Source: Parasitella parasitica NRRL 2501 (lineage: Eukaryota; Fungi; Mucoromycota). Taken from it: DNA of 32,354 nt. The stretch is taken from contig MU619434.1 of NCBI GenBank assembly GCA_025201805.1, positions 1 to 32,354 on the forward strand. Reading direction: 5' to 3'. The notes beneath the pieces were generated by a model. It ran no database searches. It was not told the origin of the DNA and saw only the letters and a program-made list of their open reading frames with translations. Positions 13,909-25,979 of the stretch are shown one piece after another. The stretch's first letter is position 1; every line of letters begins with the position of its first letter. The translations under genes were made by a program, and so were the position numbers.

Positions 13909-14175
13909 CTAACAGAGTATTTTCGATAACAAAGGAGCATCAGGTAAATCAGCTACGATAGCATTTCTGCGACGAAGAGCGTATACAGGTAATTCGATGC
14001 TCGTATCATCGTCAAACATGACAAATGTTGCCCTGGCGCGAGGACTCTTCTGGAGCCATTCATTGATCGAAAGGGCTGATAGAAATTCAGAGTTTGGTTC
14101 CTCTAATATAGTGTCACCGTCTTGGATGGAGCGAGTATAGGAGCATGTTGGATGGACAAAGACTTCGGTAGACAT
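13909..14175 (-). CDS. 88-aa hypothetical microprotein with PKI-like pseudosubstrate motif RRRNAI
   Basis: Single-exon ORF with GC above its flanks, good start context (ATAACAAATG), CT-rich leader, TATAAAA about 65 nt upstream and an AT-rich 3' region. No family recognised. Confidence 0.7.
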   Translation of the reverse strand: MSTEVFVHPTCSYTRSIQDGDTILEEPNSEFLSALSINEWLQKSPRARATFVMFDDDTSIELPVYALRRRNAIVADLPDAPLLSKILC

Positions 14176-15080
14176 TTGTTATATATGTGGTGTAGAGATG
14201 AAGAAAAGAAAAGGAAATGAAAAGTGAGCACTTGTTTTTTATAGTGATTCCAACGTTTGATTTTCATTTGTCAACATGGTGTGTGTCTGTGTCTATTTGT
14301 GCACAAACATGGCAAACACAAAGACAAAAAAAGCACGCGACCACTCGAGCCACGTGGGACACTGTGTTATCTTGTCTATTTCCTGTATGATTTGCGCATC
14401 CACTGCTCATTTTAAACAGGATATTGAGCCATGAGTCGCCCAAGGCCTGTATATAGCAGCCGCTATTCAGGTTGACGTATCCAGCTCGAGTCAAAAAGAC
14501 TGAACGCCATATTTTTATGCGGTCTGAACACAATAGAATCTTTCCGTTCATGCATGGTAAATTAGTGATGGGATGCGGTGATTTTGTATGTAAGTAGTAT
14601 ATTTCACAAACTGAATGGCAATAATTATGAACTAGGCACATCATGCCAGCAAAGAACAAGTTCTGTCAAACGGGATCAATCATGTACATGACCAAGACAT
14701 GCGAGTTGTAAACCTTTTTTTTTTTTTTTTTTTCTTTCAAAGATCAACATTGAGAAACGGATTACTACATATAATCAATGCATTTCCAATGAATAGCCAA
14801 GGAGCTCACAAAGGGTACAGTGTCATGACCTACCAATACCTGATACATTTACATTTGAGCACAAAAGAATTCTAGGCCCTGATTCAACTGATTCAATGTG
14901 AGATCCAATAAAATTCATTGCTCTGTTGCCTATAAAGTAAAGCGCCTGAAAAGGAATGGTTACTCCAATAAGCCATCTTACAAGAGTGCAACTAGTTTGA
15001 TACAGTCTTGACTCATGTCGGAAACTGCCTGCTTTTGTCTTACCCATCGCTTCGTCTACTATTTTATTACACATTTAGAT

Positions 15081-16657
15081 CTATTCAAATGAAAATGAAT
15101 CTGCAGCAGTTTGTCCGGTCCATCGCTTTTCAGCATAAACGTCGTTCATCCACTGCCTTTGTTTCATGAAATCAGTGGATATATAAAGAACAGAACTAAG
15201 AATAGATGATTTCCTGGGGTTTTCTAAAGTCTCTGCATTTAATCTTTTATACTGATTTCTTCGTAATTCGGTTTCCATGGAGAATGCTTTTTGAGTCATT
15301 GACAAGTAGGCATATTTGAATGCTCGGACTACCATCGACGAGTTGTATGATTTCATGCCGATATCGTTCGAGGAGTCCAATGGATCTTTAATCGAAAATA
15401 CAGCTTTACCATTCCTACACACAACATGGGACTGACTGTGCGTGTTAGAACTGTAGATCTAAAAAGCGGATGGGTACAGACATACCTTGTCATAGTAGCT
15501 TCCTTTTCCCTTTATATCAACCCCTGTTTCGTTCATGTTGAAGTTGAGCCCATACAGTTGAAAGAAATCTAATAATAAGACACCGATGTTCTGCATTGGA
15601 TCAATGGAGCCAGAAGCAACTTTTGGGTGCATTTGCAAAAAGCTGACAACCAAGCATACAACGGCATATCCGCCTAAACCACCCGTAAATACTTCATTGA
15701 GCGTACGCAGCGATAGTAAATGTTTGACAATAAGTGATAAAGGTCGAAGTCCAGGATACTGGATAAGCAAGCCGTTGATCTCTTCTGCACTATCCAAACC
15801 GCTGGTTGAATTCAGGATGATGTCGACTTTGAGGTTGGTCATGGAATCTGCAAATTTAATCACAGGAACCTATTTTGATGGCTCAATGAGCTGAGAATGG
15901 CATAATTCAACTGAAACTTACCGATGCGTGTTCAATGACTTGTGGATCGTGACATATTCCATCTGCTACCAGTGTATTTGCTAACCTTAGAAGGCGAATT
16001 TGGGTGGACGGAGGAAACTGAACAACAAGATCAATATCGCTGTTGGGTAGATACAGCGTTGTTGAAAAACTGCCAAATACCGACACTGTGGCTTTTGGCC
16101 ATTTTGCTTGCACTGAGGTTCGGATTCGATGGACAAGATAGTTCCTCAGCTTGATTTCGATTTCTGTTGGCTGGACATACTGAACAAAGCAGGTAACTTC
16201 ACGTTGTAGTAGTCGAATAGCTGAGAGTGGTTGTCTAAGACGATTTGATCCCATTAATTCCATCCAAGGATAGCATAGAAGCGTCTCTTGATTATCGTCT
16301 GAATCGCTATCGTCGCCTCGCTTACGCTTCAATTCAGCTCTTTGTTCGCTGCGCCTTTGTTGCCTGCTACGAGTGTCTACTTCTGTGTTTAACGAAATGA
16401 AATCCTCTTCTTTATTTTCATTGTCTGAATCTGAGAAAGAGCCCTCCGAACGAGTGTCTAATGCGATGTTGTATTGATGAGTCAGCCTATCGTGTGCTTT
16501 ATCAAAAAGAAATCCTACCATCTTCGTCATCATTTTCAAGATACTGATCATAGCTGGCATTATCTTCTTCACTCTCAGAGTAATCAATGTAGCTATGATC
16601 TCGCTTGTAGCTTCCCTTCTTCCATTTGGTCTGCTTTTTGCTCCTTCCTCTAGCCAT
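15081..16657 (-). CDS. TRF4: Non-canonical poly(A) polymerase Trf4/Pap2 (PAPD5/7, TRAMP subunit), about 469 aa
   Basis: Exons 16657-16519, 16457-15922, 15869-15486, 15431-15081. FGSFSTTLYLPNSDIDLVV (GS..DxD), VPVIKF, KVDI, LNEVFTGGLGGY, SIKDPLDSSNDIG (PAP-associated region). Confidence 0.93.
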
Positions 16658-17016
16658 GGCGACTGGTAATGATTGTATTAAATGCTGTTGTGGGTTAATA
16701 ATAAAAAATAAAAAGAGGAGGAAAAAAAGGGAAAGCATCACTTGTCAGTTATCCATTATACAAGCCACCAATGAATTGCATATTGTAAAATGCTGGTACT
16801 GAACAATTAGGTGGATGAATCTTGTGGATATAAAGGGCTCCCCTTAAAGTTCTCATGCAAGAATACATTAAAAGTCGTCTTTAAATATAATCGTTTAATG
16901 GGTATATAGAATATGCTAAAATACATGAAAGATAAAACCAAGTTGCTGTGCCTGTTTGTACACGAGCTGTGTAGCTGAATGTTGTATCTTCTGGGGTGCA
17001 AGTGCAATGACATGCC

Positions 17017-17818
17017 TTATTTTGCATCCACACCATCCACGCCTTCCATCGCTGGACTCTTCATGTTTGGAATATCCTCCATTGCAGGATCTTCGGCAAC
17101 AATTTTCTTTGGTCGTGGTTTATACCCTAATGCCACAAAAAACCCCTCCGTTGATTGTTTCCTCGATGCATCAGGCTTTTCAGTCTTTACTTTGGCAAAG
17201 ATAGTTTGTAGTCTCTTTCTGAACTCGTGTTCTGTGCCTCCCATCAAAAACTAGCCGATTGTAAATATAGAATCCCATTCAATGCATCATTAACGTGCTC
17301 ACCTTTGTTACGAATGAACCATCAGGCGATAAAACCTTCTCGGCAAATGTCAATGCTGATTCACATAGTTCTATACTTCTTGCATGGTCTGCCGTATGAT
17401 TACCTGAGAAACTAGGCGCCATATCTGAGCAAACTAGGTTCACAAGCCTGCCTTGCAAAATGTCATGAATAGCATTTTGTGTTTTCAATCGCATGAAATT
17501 TCCATTGATTAGATGTGCATTAGGAATTGGGTCAATAGGCAGCAGGTCAATCCCAATAACGAGCCCCTTTTTTGTCACCTTCTCGGCTGCCACTTGTGTC
17601 CATCCACCAGGTGCTGCTCCACAATCCACAACCACATCGTTACGCTGAATAATGCGATATTTTTCATTAATCTGGATTAGTTTGAATGCACTGCGTGCTC
17701 GATATTGGTTGGCTTTAGCCAGCTTGCAGTAAGGATCCCTGGCTTGTCGTGACATCCATTTCTTGGAAGATGTGGAATAGAGTCGTTTAAACGGTAATAG
17801 CGAACTCATCGTTGTCAT
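17017..17818 (-). CDS. MRM2: Mitochondrial rRNA 2'-O-methyltransferase (FtsJ/RlmE family), about 249 aa
   Basis: Exons 17818-17303 and 17250-17017. Basic, Ser-rich presequence-like N-terminus; W..RQ..DPY; YRARSAFKL; DCGAAPGGW; SDMAP; K-D-K-E tetrad (AFKL, SDM, VTKF, STEG). Confidence 0.93.
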
Positions 17819-19036
17819 AAGAATGTAAAAAATGTAGTAATGGCAAGGGACCTCGAAATGACTTTTGCGCTACTTCAAACAGATGATACTCGTAGCACAC
17901 ACAAGTCGATACAGGCATAGGTCAGCCCATGTAATTTTGGTTGTAGAAAGATGCAAAGATGATTGATCACTGCCTCAATGATTAGCAGAGATAGTTTATA
18001 TTCAAATTGCAATTGTATAGTATGCCAGGCCTCGCTATTAGCCTAGGCCTACTTGATGTATCTCTTATTTATCATGTCAGATTAAGTGCAACATTTTGTG
18101 GCAGTTTTGATATTTATTTAGGAATTGATAGACATGATATACCGTATCTATAGTGCGGTCAGATATATCTTAGCTTCCAATCCATAATAAGACGACAACA
18201 GAAAAAATCTATAGTCCCATTCTCTAGATCACACCATTTCCCACACTTACATCTTATCCCCATCAGTCCACTTAGATTCACTGGGCGCGCGGGCCATCCA
18301 AAAGGCTGAAATCCTTATTAAATGCAAGTTAGAGTATAGGGGTTGACCCTAATTAGCAGAAAACCGACAAGTATACATCATTTTTAGCATAGTCTTATTT
18401 AGTCTATGACATCAATACTAAATGCCCAAGTATCAAGTACTGTAACATTGAGTAGTCTTGTTTAGCATTATGTAGTATGTCTGTAGCATGTTATGAAAAT
18501 TTCTACAGCATTGCACATATTGCACAAGTCTCTAGTACATAGTATATGTCGTTTGTAGGTATTTACCAGGAATACCAGAAATTTAAGGTCTTATTGGATA
18601 ATCAGCGATTTATAGGTAACAGAAGATATGCAGCTAGATCTATTTAAACAATAAGACTATTATTAATTAATAAAGGAAAGTGGGGATTAGATAAGAGAAG
18701 TTGCTAGGGGGCCAGCAAGAATATTTTTCTTCTTTAGATCTCCCATTGCATTCGAAATGGCTTCTTTTTATATTTTTTGCGAGCTATCCAGTTCAAAGTT
18801 TCAGTGAACTAAAATATTCATTCAATAATAGGGATTAATTAGGTAATAATCTAGTGTGTATCAGTAAGGTGATAATGATAACATGGATCAAATAGGCAAG
18901 AATGACAACATGAACTAGTTAGGAGAGAACGATGATGCGGATTAGTAGATATAGGCAAGAGCGAGTCGAGATAAATTGTCTCTTTGGAGATAAATATGAT
19001 TGTTTCTGGTTTACGCTTGGCAGGTTCATTATGTTT

Positions 19037-19095
19037 AGAATAACAAAATATAGCCAGAAAAATACAATTAGAACTGAATATATTTATTTTGCTAT
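19037..19095. repeat. Short dispersed repeat, copy 2 (runs into an assembly gap)
   Basis: Near-identical to 905-963. Confidence 0.85.
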
Positions 19096-21904
19096 NNNNN
19101 NNNNNNNNNNNNNNNNNNNNNNNNNNNNNNNNNNNNNNNNNNNNNNNNNNNNNNNNNNNNNNNNNNNNNNNNNNNNNNNNNNNNNNNNNNNNNNNNNNNN
19201 NNNNNNNNNNNNNNNNNNNNNNNNNNNNNNNNNNNNNNNNNNNNNNNNNNNNNNNNNNNNNNNNNNNNNNNNNNNNNNNNNNNNNNNNNNNNNNNNNNNN
19301 NNNNNNNNNNNNNNNNNNNNNNNNNNNNNNNNNNNNNNNNNNNNNNNNNNNNNNNNNNNNNNNNNNNNNNNNNNNNNNNNNNNNNNNNNNNNNNNNNNNN
19401 NNNNNNNNNNNNNNNNNNNNNNNNNNNNNNNNNNNNNNNNNNNNNNNNNNNNNNNAAATAAAGTCATTCCATTCTACTACGCATTTCTACTCATGCTCGC
19501 TTTATGATGTATTATACAGAGTATAATACATTACCGCTAAGATTTGATCTGTATCCTAAACACATTACATGCATGGAAGCTGGAAACACACATCTAAAGC
19601 ATAAAACTTAAGTGGCATAAGCTCGTAGAACACACACTAAATCTAGTGAAAAATGTCTCTCTCGTAGGCTCCTGTCGGAATACAAGTATAAGTCTATAAA
19701 ACGTCATCCATTCTATTGGCGGTGGTCTACCATATCTTTATCAATATGAATTGTGAATCATCTAAACTGTGCAGAGGCGGAAATGTAGTCTATTCATCAT
19801 CTAAAACTTAAGACAACAACTGGATGAATTATGAAAGAAGAATGCGGATCGTTAAATAACGAATGTGCTTCATTGTATTTTCTCGCTGTGTTTATTTCAT
19901 AATTTACATTTTTATTGATATTTTTCTCGTAAAATTTATTAAAATACATTAAAAATGTGCAGAAAAATTATAAATCGCGCAATTTGATTGGCTAAAACAA
20001 CCCCTACGCGCACCCAAATCCTAAAAACAAAAAAACAGGGTTTCCCCCTGTTTTGATGTAGGGCGGAGCTTAAAATTTGACCAAAAATAGAAATTGGTAA
20101 AATTTCAATGAATACCCCCCCTAAATAGCCGAAAAATGCCTTACCACACTTCACAGCTTCGAATAAAATGGCCCATCTCAAGAACTGCTAGGGTAAGCAC
20201 AGTCAATGAGTAGAAACAGCCTACATGCTCCTGTATGACCCGGATAAAAACCTAATGTCAAGTTTCAATGATAGGCCATCCACTTGACATGAAGAGAGAN
20301 NNNNNNNNNNNNNNNNNNNNNNNNNNNNNNNNNNNNNNNNNNNNNNNNNNNNNNNNNNNNNNNNNNNNNNNNNNNNNNNNNNNNNNNNNNNNNNNNNNNN
20401 NNNNNNNNNNNNNNNNNNNNNNNNNNNNNNNNNNNNNNNNNNNNNNNNNNNNNNNNNNNNNNNNNNNNNNNNNNNNNNNNNNNNNNNNNNNNNNNNNNNN
20501 NNNNNNNNNNNNNNNNNNNNNNNNNNNNNNNNNNNNNNNNNNNNNNNNNNNNNNNNNNNNNNNNNNNNNNNNNNNNNNNNNNNNNNNNNNNNNNNNNACA
20601 GCAAACAATATAAAGTGGCTAAACTAGGGGAAAAACTATAATCTGGTGCACCAAAGCTATGTGATAAGTAAACTTGATGTTGTTGAATAGAATATCTTTT
20701 ATGTTTTGAAAATCGGTTGTTTGGAAGAAAAGTTATTTCAATCTAAAGTCTTGATGAAAAGAGGAAAAAAGGGGAAAAACAGTTATATCAAGTCTCATTG
20801 TTCTGATCTAGATTTTTACTTATGACAGCCGAGTTTGAATGCATTGTAGCATTCGAATGGTGTATTACAATTGACATATGGGTTGTTTCTCGTATCTCTA
20901 CACTGCTTAAAACAAATATGCGAAATTGAGAAATTTGCGACATACATCAGTATTATTTTGAAGATATTACACGGTTATAACGTATTTCGTGTTTTTTTTT
21001 TTGGTATTGTATTCAGAATATAGAGATTCTGATCTATCTTTTACTACTGATTTCTGGAAAAGAGATGATTCCATACTGATATATCATGGTATATATAGTA
21101 ATCAGCTATACCTTCAAAGCCTTTGATTGAGCACGCAGCTGAATTTAAAAAAGCAAGTGCATTTTTTGTTCTAAATCGTTCAGTTTGTCAAAAAAAAAAC
21201 ATTTTTTATTTTTTTTCATTGCATATATTTGATGCCAAATTCATAACAAAGTCTCCATGTATAATAAAACAAAATGAAACAAGAACTGGTGCTCTATCTT
21301 AATATGCAAAGATTAAATTACATTGTATTATTTGTTATGCGCAGAGGATATATAAGTATGATCTGCTCAAAAAATGTATAACTTTATGAAAATAAAATCA
21401 GACACAAAAACTAATGACTTTATTGATAAGAAAATGCCATCTTTTTATACTAGATTATATCTATTGTAACACTATTTGTCATTGCAATGGAATGGTATAA
21501 CTAAAAGCAAGTAACTAAAAAAAANNNNNNNNNNNNNNNNNNNNNNNNNNNNNNNNNNNNNNNNNNNNNNNNNNNNNNNNNNNNNNNNNNNNNNNNNNNN
21601 NNNNNNNNNNNNNNNNNNNNNNNNNNNNNNNNNNNNNNNNNNNNNNNNNNNNNNNNNNNNNNNNNNNNNNNNNNNNNNNNNNNNNNNNNNNNNNNNNNNN
21701 NNNNNNNNNNNNNNNNNNNNNNNNNNNNNNNNNNNNNNNNNNNNNNNNNNNNNNNNNNNNNNNNNNNNNNNNNNNNNNNNNNNNNNNNNNNNNNNNNNNN
21801 NNNNNNNNNNNNNNNNNNNNNNNNNNNNNNNNNNNNNNNNNNNNNNNNNNNNNNNNNNNNNNNNNNNNNNNNNNNNNNNNNNNNNNNNNNNNNNNNNNNN
21901 NNNN
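19096..21904. other. Region containing three assembly gaps (about 19096-19455, 20300-20597, 21525-21904)
   Basis: Runs of N. Confidence 0.99.
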
Positions 21905-22456
21905 GTCATCATGGTTAAACATTGAACTTGGTATGTAATACCAAGTTTATTACATGTTCTATTGTACATTAATAGCTTATTTCTTGTCATTGTATACAAA
22001 GAATTACCAATTTAATAATTGCCTAATCTCATGCCTTTCTGGCACAACACTATTGAAAATTAACTACTGGATTAAACAGAAAAACCTAAATTTTGATTTT
22101 AGACCAAATTGTCCGATTTTTTATACTTTAATGTATGAATAAAGATTGTGGATGACATACTTCTAAAGCTAATAGGTAATGTACAGTATTCTCTAGATTC
22201 TTAGCAGTGTCTTTACACTCTACAAACTTAATATTTGTTCCGTTCAAAGAACGTGTAAAATAAAGCAAAAACAACAAAATATAACTGTAATCACAAGAAG
22301 AAGGCTTTTTTTTTAGGTTGCGTAAACTACTGCATACCAAGCGCTTTCTGTCCCTATTGACACAAATCAAGTTGCTCTTAAATGTGAGTTTGACAAAGCA
22401 ATCGTTAAAATTATGTATATATTCTTTTTTAAGAGAGCATCTTTTCCCGTATAATT

Positions 22457-25180
22457 TGGAATATTGTGTTCTCTTTAAAATTATCTCTGTTTTACCCAAT
22501 ATAAAGCGCACACCGAAATTTTGTGCAAATGTGCTTTTTTAACGTAATAAAGACTTTCTCACAGTAAAACTCCAAATACACAACTGGAGACTTTTATAGA
22601 CGTAAGACTTGATCAATCTTTAGCCATATAACTTGCTATAAATTCAGCAAAATCTTGTTTTGGCGTTATCTCGACAACTAAGATAGATATTGGAATTCAG
22701 AAAGCGCGGTCGACGAGATACAGTTATATTGTACTAGTGCTAGAACAAGGTAGATAATTTCCTTGGACCCTAAATCCATAACTCAAAATGATCCTGAAGG
22801 TTACCGCAAATTTGCAAATTGAAAATCTAATATGAGGTGTGGCGTCCAAACTCATTGTTATATCAATAACATGCCATAGACCTTGTAGCAAGATCAAGGA
22901 GCTAAAACCCAATGTACATATGGTAAATCAGGGATTTACACCGCATGCTTTATATATAAATGTTGGTTACAGTTGTGTATGATGACGTTAGCACATAATG
23001 TTAGTTAATAAAAATACATTCAGAGGATGTGTTTCTAATAAAAGTGTAACTCTTTGGCAGAATCATTTCACTGACTTATTTTGACATAACACTCATAGCA
23101 AAATCTGAAAAATGATCTGAAATATTTGAGAATTGGATATATGTTGTTATATAGAATAGTTCAAAGTTCAAATGGAAATTCTTTTGGCTGAAAGTTGTAC
23201 CTTCATCGCATAATAGTTTGTTAGCATAGCAGTAATTGGAAATTATGCTTTTGAGCGTGGAAAAGGGTTATGTCTCTGTTTTGGTGGTATGAACTTTACC
23301 CAAAAATGAAGAAGGTATATAAAAATGGGTTTTGAGTTCGTATTATTATGCGGTATTCCGGCTATCGATTCGTATTGAGACATCATACCCAAGTTACCCA
23401 TTAGAGTCGTGCTTTTTTTTTATTAAATTGAGAATAATAGGTGATGCACTCCTTTATAGCGGAAAAAAAAAAGACTGTAGATTGAATCTCAGCACTGTGT
23501 TTCCATTTGACTCAAACCAGTTTCGAGATTTTTTTTGCATCGTTCATTGCTAAATATCTCATAAACGCAATAGGTATATTGGATATGTGAACTAAGTGTT
23601 TTATGACAAAAATTAAATTCTGCACCCAACCATATTTATTACAAGGCTATGCAAACACCTTTTTTATTACCAATTTTCAAATATTCAAAAAATACCATTT
23701 TTGATAGTTTTTGAGTAAAATCAAGCATATTTTGAGCACATTCAGCTCTGTAAAGTTGACCAAACAAACCATCATGTCAATGCCTACAAATCAATACTTT
23801 GTTTACAACTGTAGCTTTATTATATCTGCCAAAAATCAAAATCTTGTCTCGACCAAAATGAATCCACCATTTTCCGGTCCTATGTTTAGAGGGCCAAAAT
23901 GAAGCCATTCAAAAGGGTAAAAATCAATGTCGTTTTTCGAGATTTTCTCGCTCAAAAATTGGTATTTTTTGACCAAACTAAAATCTTTTGGTAGCTATTT
24001 TGTAGCTCCATTTTAGTATTGGTATATCATGTATCTTTAAATACCATTTACTGCTCTGAAAACTGTGAAAGTAAATGAAGCCTCTGCTAAAAACATCTGA
24101 AAAAATTTTTTTTTCGACATATCTATTTAACACTAATAAAACTAGCAGAAAACTAAATTTTAAAAATATTTTAGTAATTACTCAGGCCAAGTTGTCATAG
24201 TGGTTTGTAGAGAAATAGGGAGACAAAGTTTAACGTAAAAAGACAAAATTGGCTCTAGATTGTCGAATTCGAGCTTTTGTACAACATGTTTAACACCAGA
24301 AGGTGCACCAAAATGTGCTTTATTACTTCACTTAGGAACGTAAACTTGGTTTAGTTGCAAAATAAGGTACTTGTACTAGGAACATATACTGTAAAATCCG
24401 CAAAATCTGAAAAATTTAGTTGTGGTAATATTTCGACAACAAAGATAGATATCGAGAATCGGAAGACGTAGTGAGGTAAAGTTGTCATACTAGTATTATT
24501 AGCCTTTATTCTTAGTTTGGACCTCAAATCCGTACCTAAAAATGACCCTGAAGGTTGACCCAAAGTTGAAAATTGAAAATCGAATCTGAGGTTTGGGGTC
24601 CAAACATAGCAAAATTTGAAAAATGGTCAGTGATGCATGAAACTCGGATATGCTGTAGAAGGACGCAAAAAAATAAGATGTTGGCTGAATGTTGTGTCTT
24701 TATCACTTACTAGTCTGAAAAGATATCAGAGATTGTAGATTATGCCTTTAAGCGGGGAAAAAGGTGATGGTCATGATTAGGTGGCATTTATTTCAACCTA
24801 AACATAAAGCCAAATAAAAATAGCTTTTATATTCATATTTTACAGCATCTTGGGTATCGATTCATGTAATGACATAACCAGATTGTTTTTGGAGTTCATG
24901 CTCTGCTCCTTAATTGAAATAAGTGCTTCACTGCAATAAAGAGCTGTATTCGCAGTGGTAAATTCAAGCTCAGAAATATGTTTCCATTGCAACTTGCGCA
25001 TATCCCTAATTTTCATTGCTTAATATCTCAAAAAATAGTATTGGAATGTGTTCTCTTTAAAATCATCTCCGTTTTACCCAATATAATGCGCACAGCGAAA
25101 TGATGTGCAAATGTGTTATTTTAACGTAATTTTTGGATCAAAAAAGATAATAAAAACTAAATATTAACGAGATACAGAAA
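22457..25180. repeat. Degenerate tandem array of palindrome-rich ~0.8-kb units
   Basis: 22457-22548 matches 25041-25130 and weakly 24290-24325; 22638-22855 matches 24392-24607; 23095-23565 matches 24606-25035. Module order X-Y-Z recurs. Confidence 0.75.
22856..23091. mobile_element. Solo LTR (236 bp) with 5-bp target-site duplication CTCAT
   Basis: Termini TGTTATATCAA...TTGACATAACA (10/11 inverted match, TG...CA); CTCAT at 22851-22855 and 23092-23096; internal TATATATAAA (about 22951) followed by AATAAA; the paralogous repeat unit at about 24600 lacks the insert. Confidence 0.85.
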
Positions 25181-25238
25181 CTTTAAGATACTTTATTTAA
25201 GATCAAAATTGGATCTGCTATTTATACTTTTTACAGCT

Positions 25239-25553
25239 ACATAAATTTATGGTGACTTATTCAGATTACTAATTTTTGACAAGACTAATTCACAGTGACA
25301 ATCTACTACTTGACAGGGTACAATATGAGGTTAATACAACAAGGGCTACACGTATTGGATCTGACAGTGCCTTAACCTTTATTCTGGTGCTCATATCTGT
25401 GTTACTTACAGGAATAACCTTCTTGATTTGAAACAGAGACTTTCTTCTCCAATTTACACAAGCGTATCACATCACATCATCATTGGACAATCTTCAATCT
25501 TCAATTGAAGCACATTGCCAATGATCTCCTGTCTATAGTTATGGCAGATCAAA
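25239..25553. repeat. Dispersed repeat family W, copy 2
   Basis: Colinear with 2-309. Minus-strand relic reads ICHNYRQEIIGNVLQLKIEDCPMMM*CDTLV*IGEEKSLFQIKKVIPVS. Confidence 0.85.
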
Positions 25554-25592
25554 TATGATATATATTGATGTGATGGATTGTTTGGTTGACTG

Positions 25593-25967
25593 CTCTTGCG
25601 GGTTACTCCGCTGACTCAGACTGACCTCGTCTCGCTGCGCTCCTTGGCCATCCAATTCTTGCGAAAGAACATCTTCCCCGTCATCCCATGGAAAGTATGG
25701 ACTCTCCCAAAGGAACAAGGTGGGCTTGGAGTTGTGGATATCCAGGTTCAAGCTTCGGCTTTATACTTTCGCTGGTTACAGCCGCTGCTGGCATACGATC
25801 AAGCTGCTCCCAGGGGTTGAAAAAGCAAAGAAGTGGTACTGTTGTTATGCTTTATCGTGCCGTTGACCGTCTTCCTCGGTCGTATGCTGCTGCCCGTCTC
25901 AATCCTGCCACTGCCATGGTATTGCCTTTACAAGTTGCCTTCTATGTGCCCCCGTCTTCCTCCTTTT
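25593..25967 (+). mobile_element. Fragment of L1-like non-LTR retrotransposon ORF2 (post-RT region)
   Basis: RVTPLTQ...FPVIPWKVWTLPKEQGGLGVVDIQVQASALYFRWLQPLL fits the W..xxPKxxGGLG...ALxxxW signature downstream of RT in L1/Tx1-type ORF2. Abrupt GC rise; frame change after about 25820. Confidence 0.85.
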
Positions 25968-25979
25968 GATCTGCCATAA

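Noticed and set aside
14264-15074. ORFs 14264-14659 and 14823-15074
   Set aside because: Non-ATG starts, no motifs; they lie in promoter or 3' UTR space between real genes.
18600-18810. Minus-strand peptide LKKKNILAGPLATSLI*SPLSFI, faintly like a DIRS/Ngaro RT N-terminus
   Set aside because: Too short and degraded, and no downstream RT motifs could be found.
19960-20180. TTGATTGGCT(A/G)AAA shared with about 1605-1620, possible transposon termini
   Set aside because: Match too short; could simply be CCAAT boxes; no TIR or TSD defined.
18932-21999. ORF-track entries full of X
   Set aside because: Artefacts of translating through N gaps.
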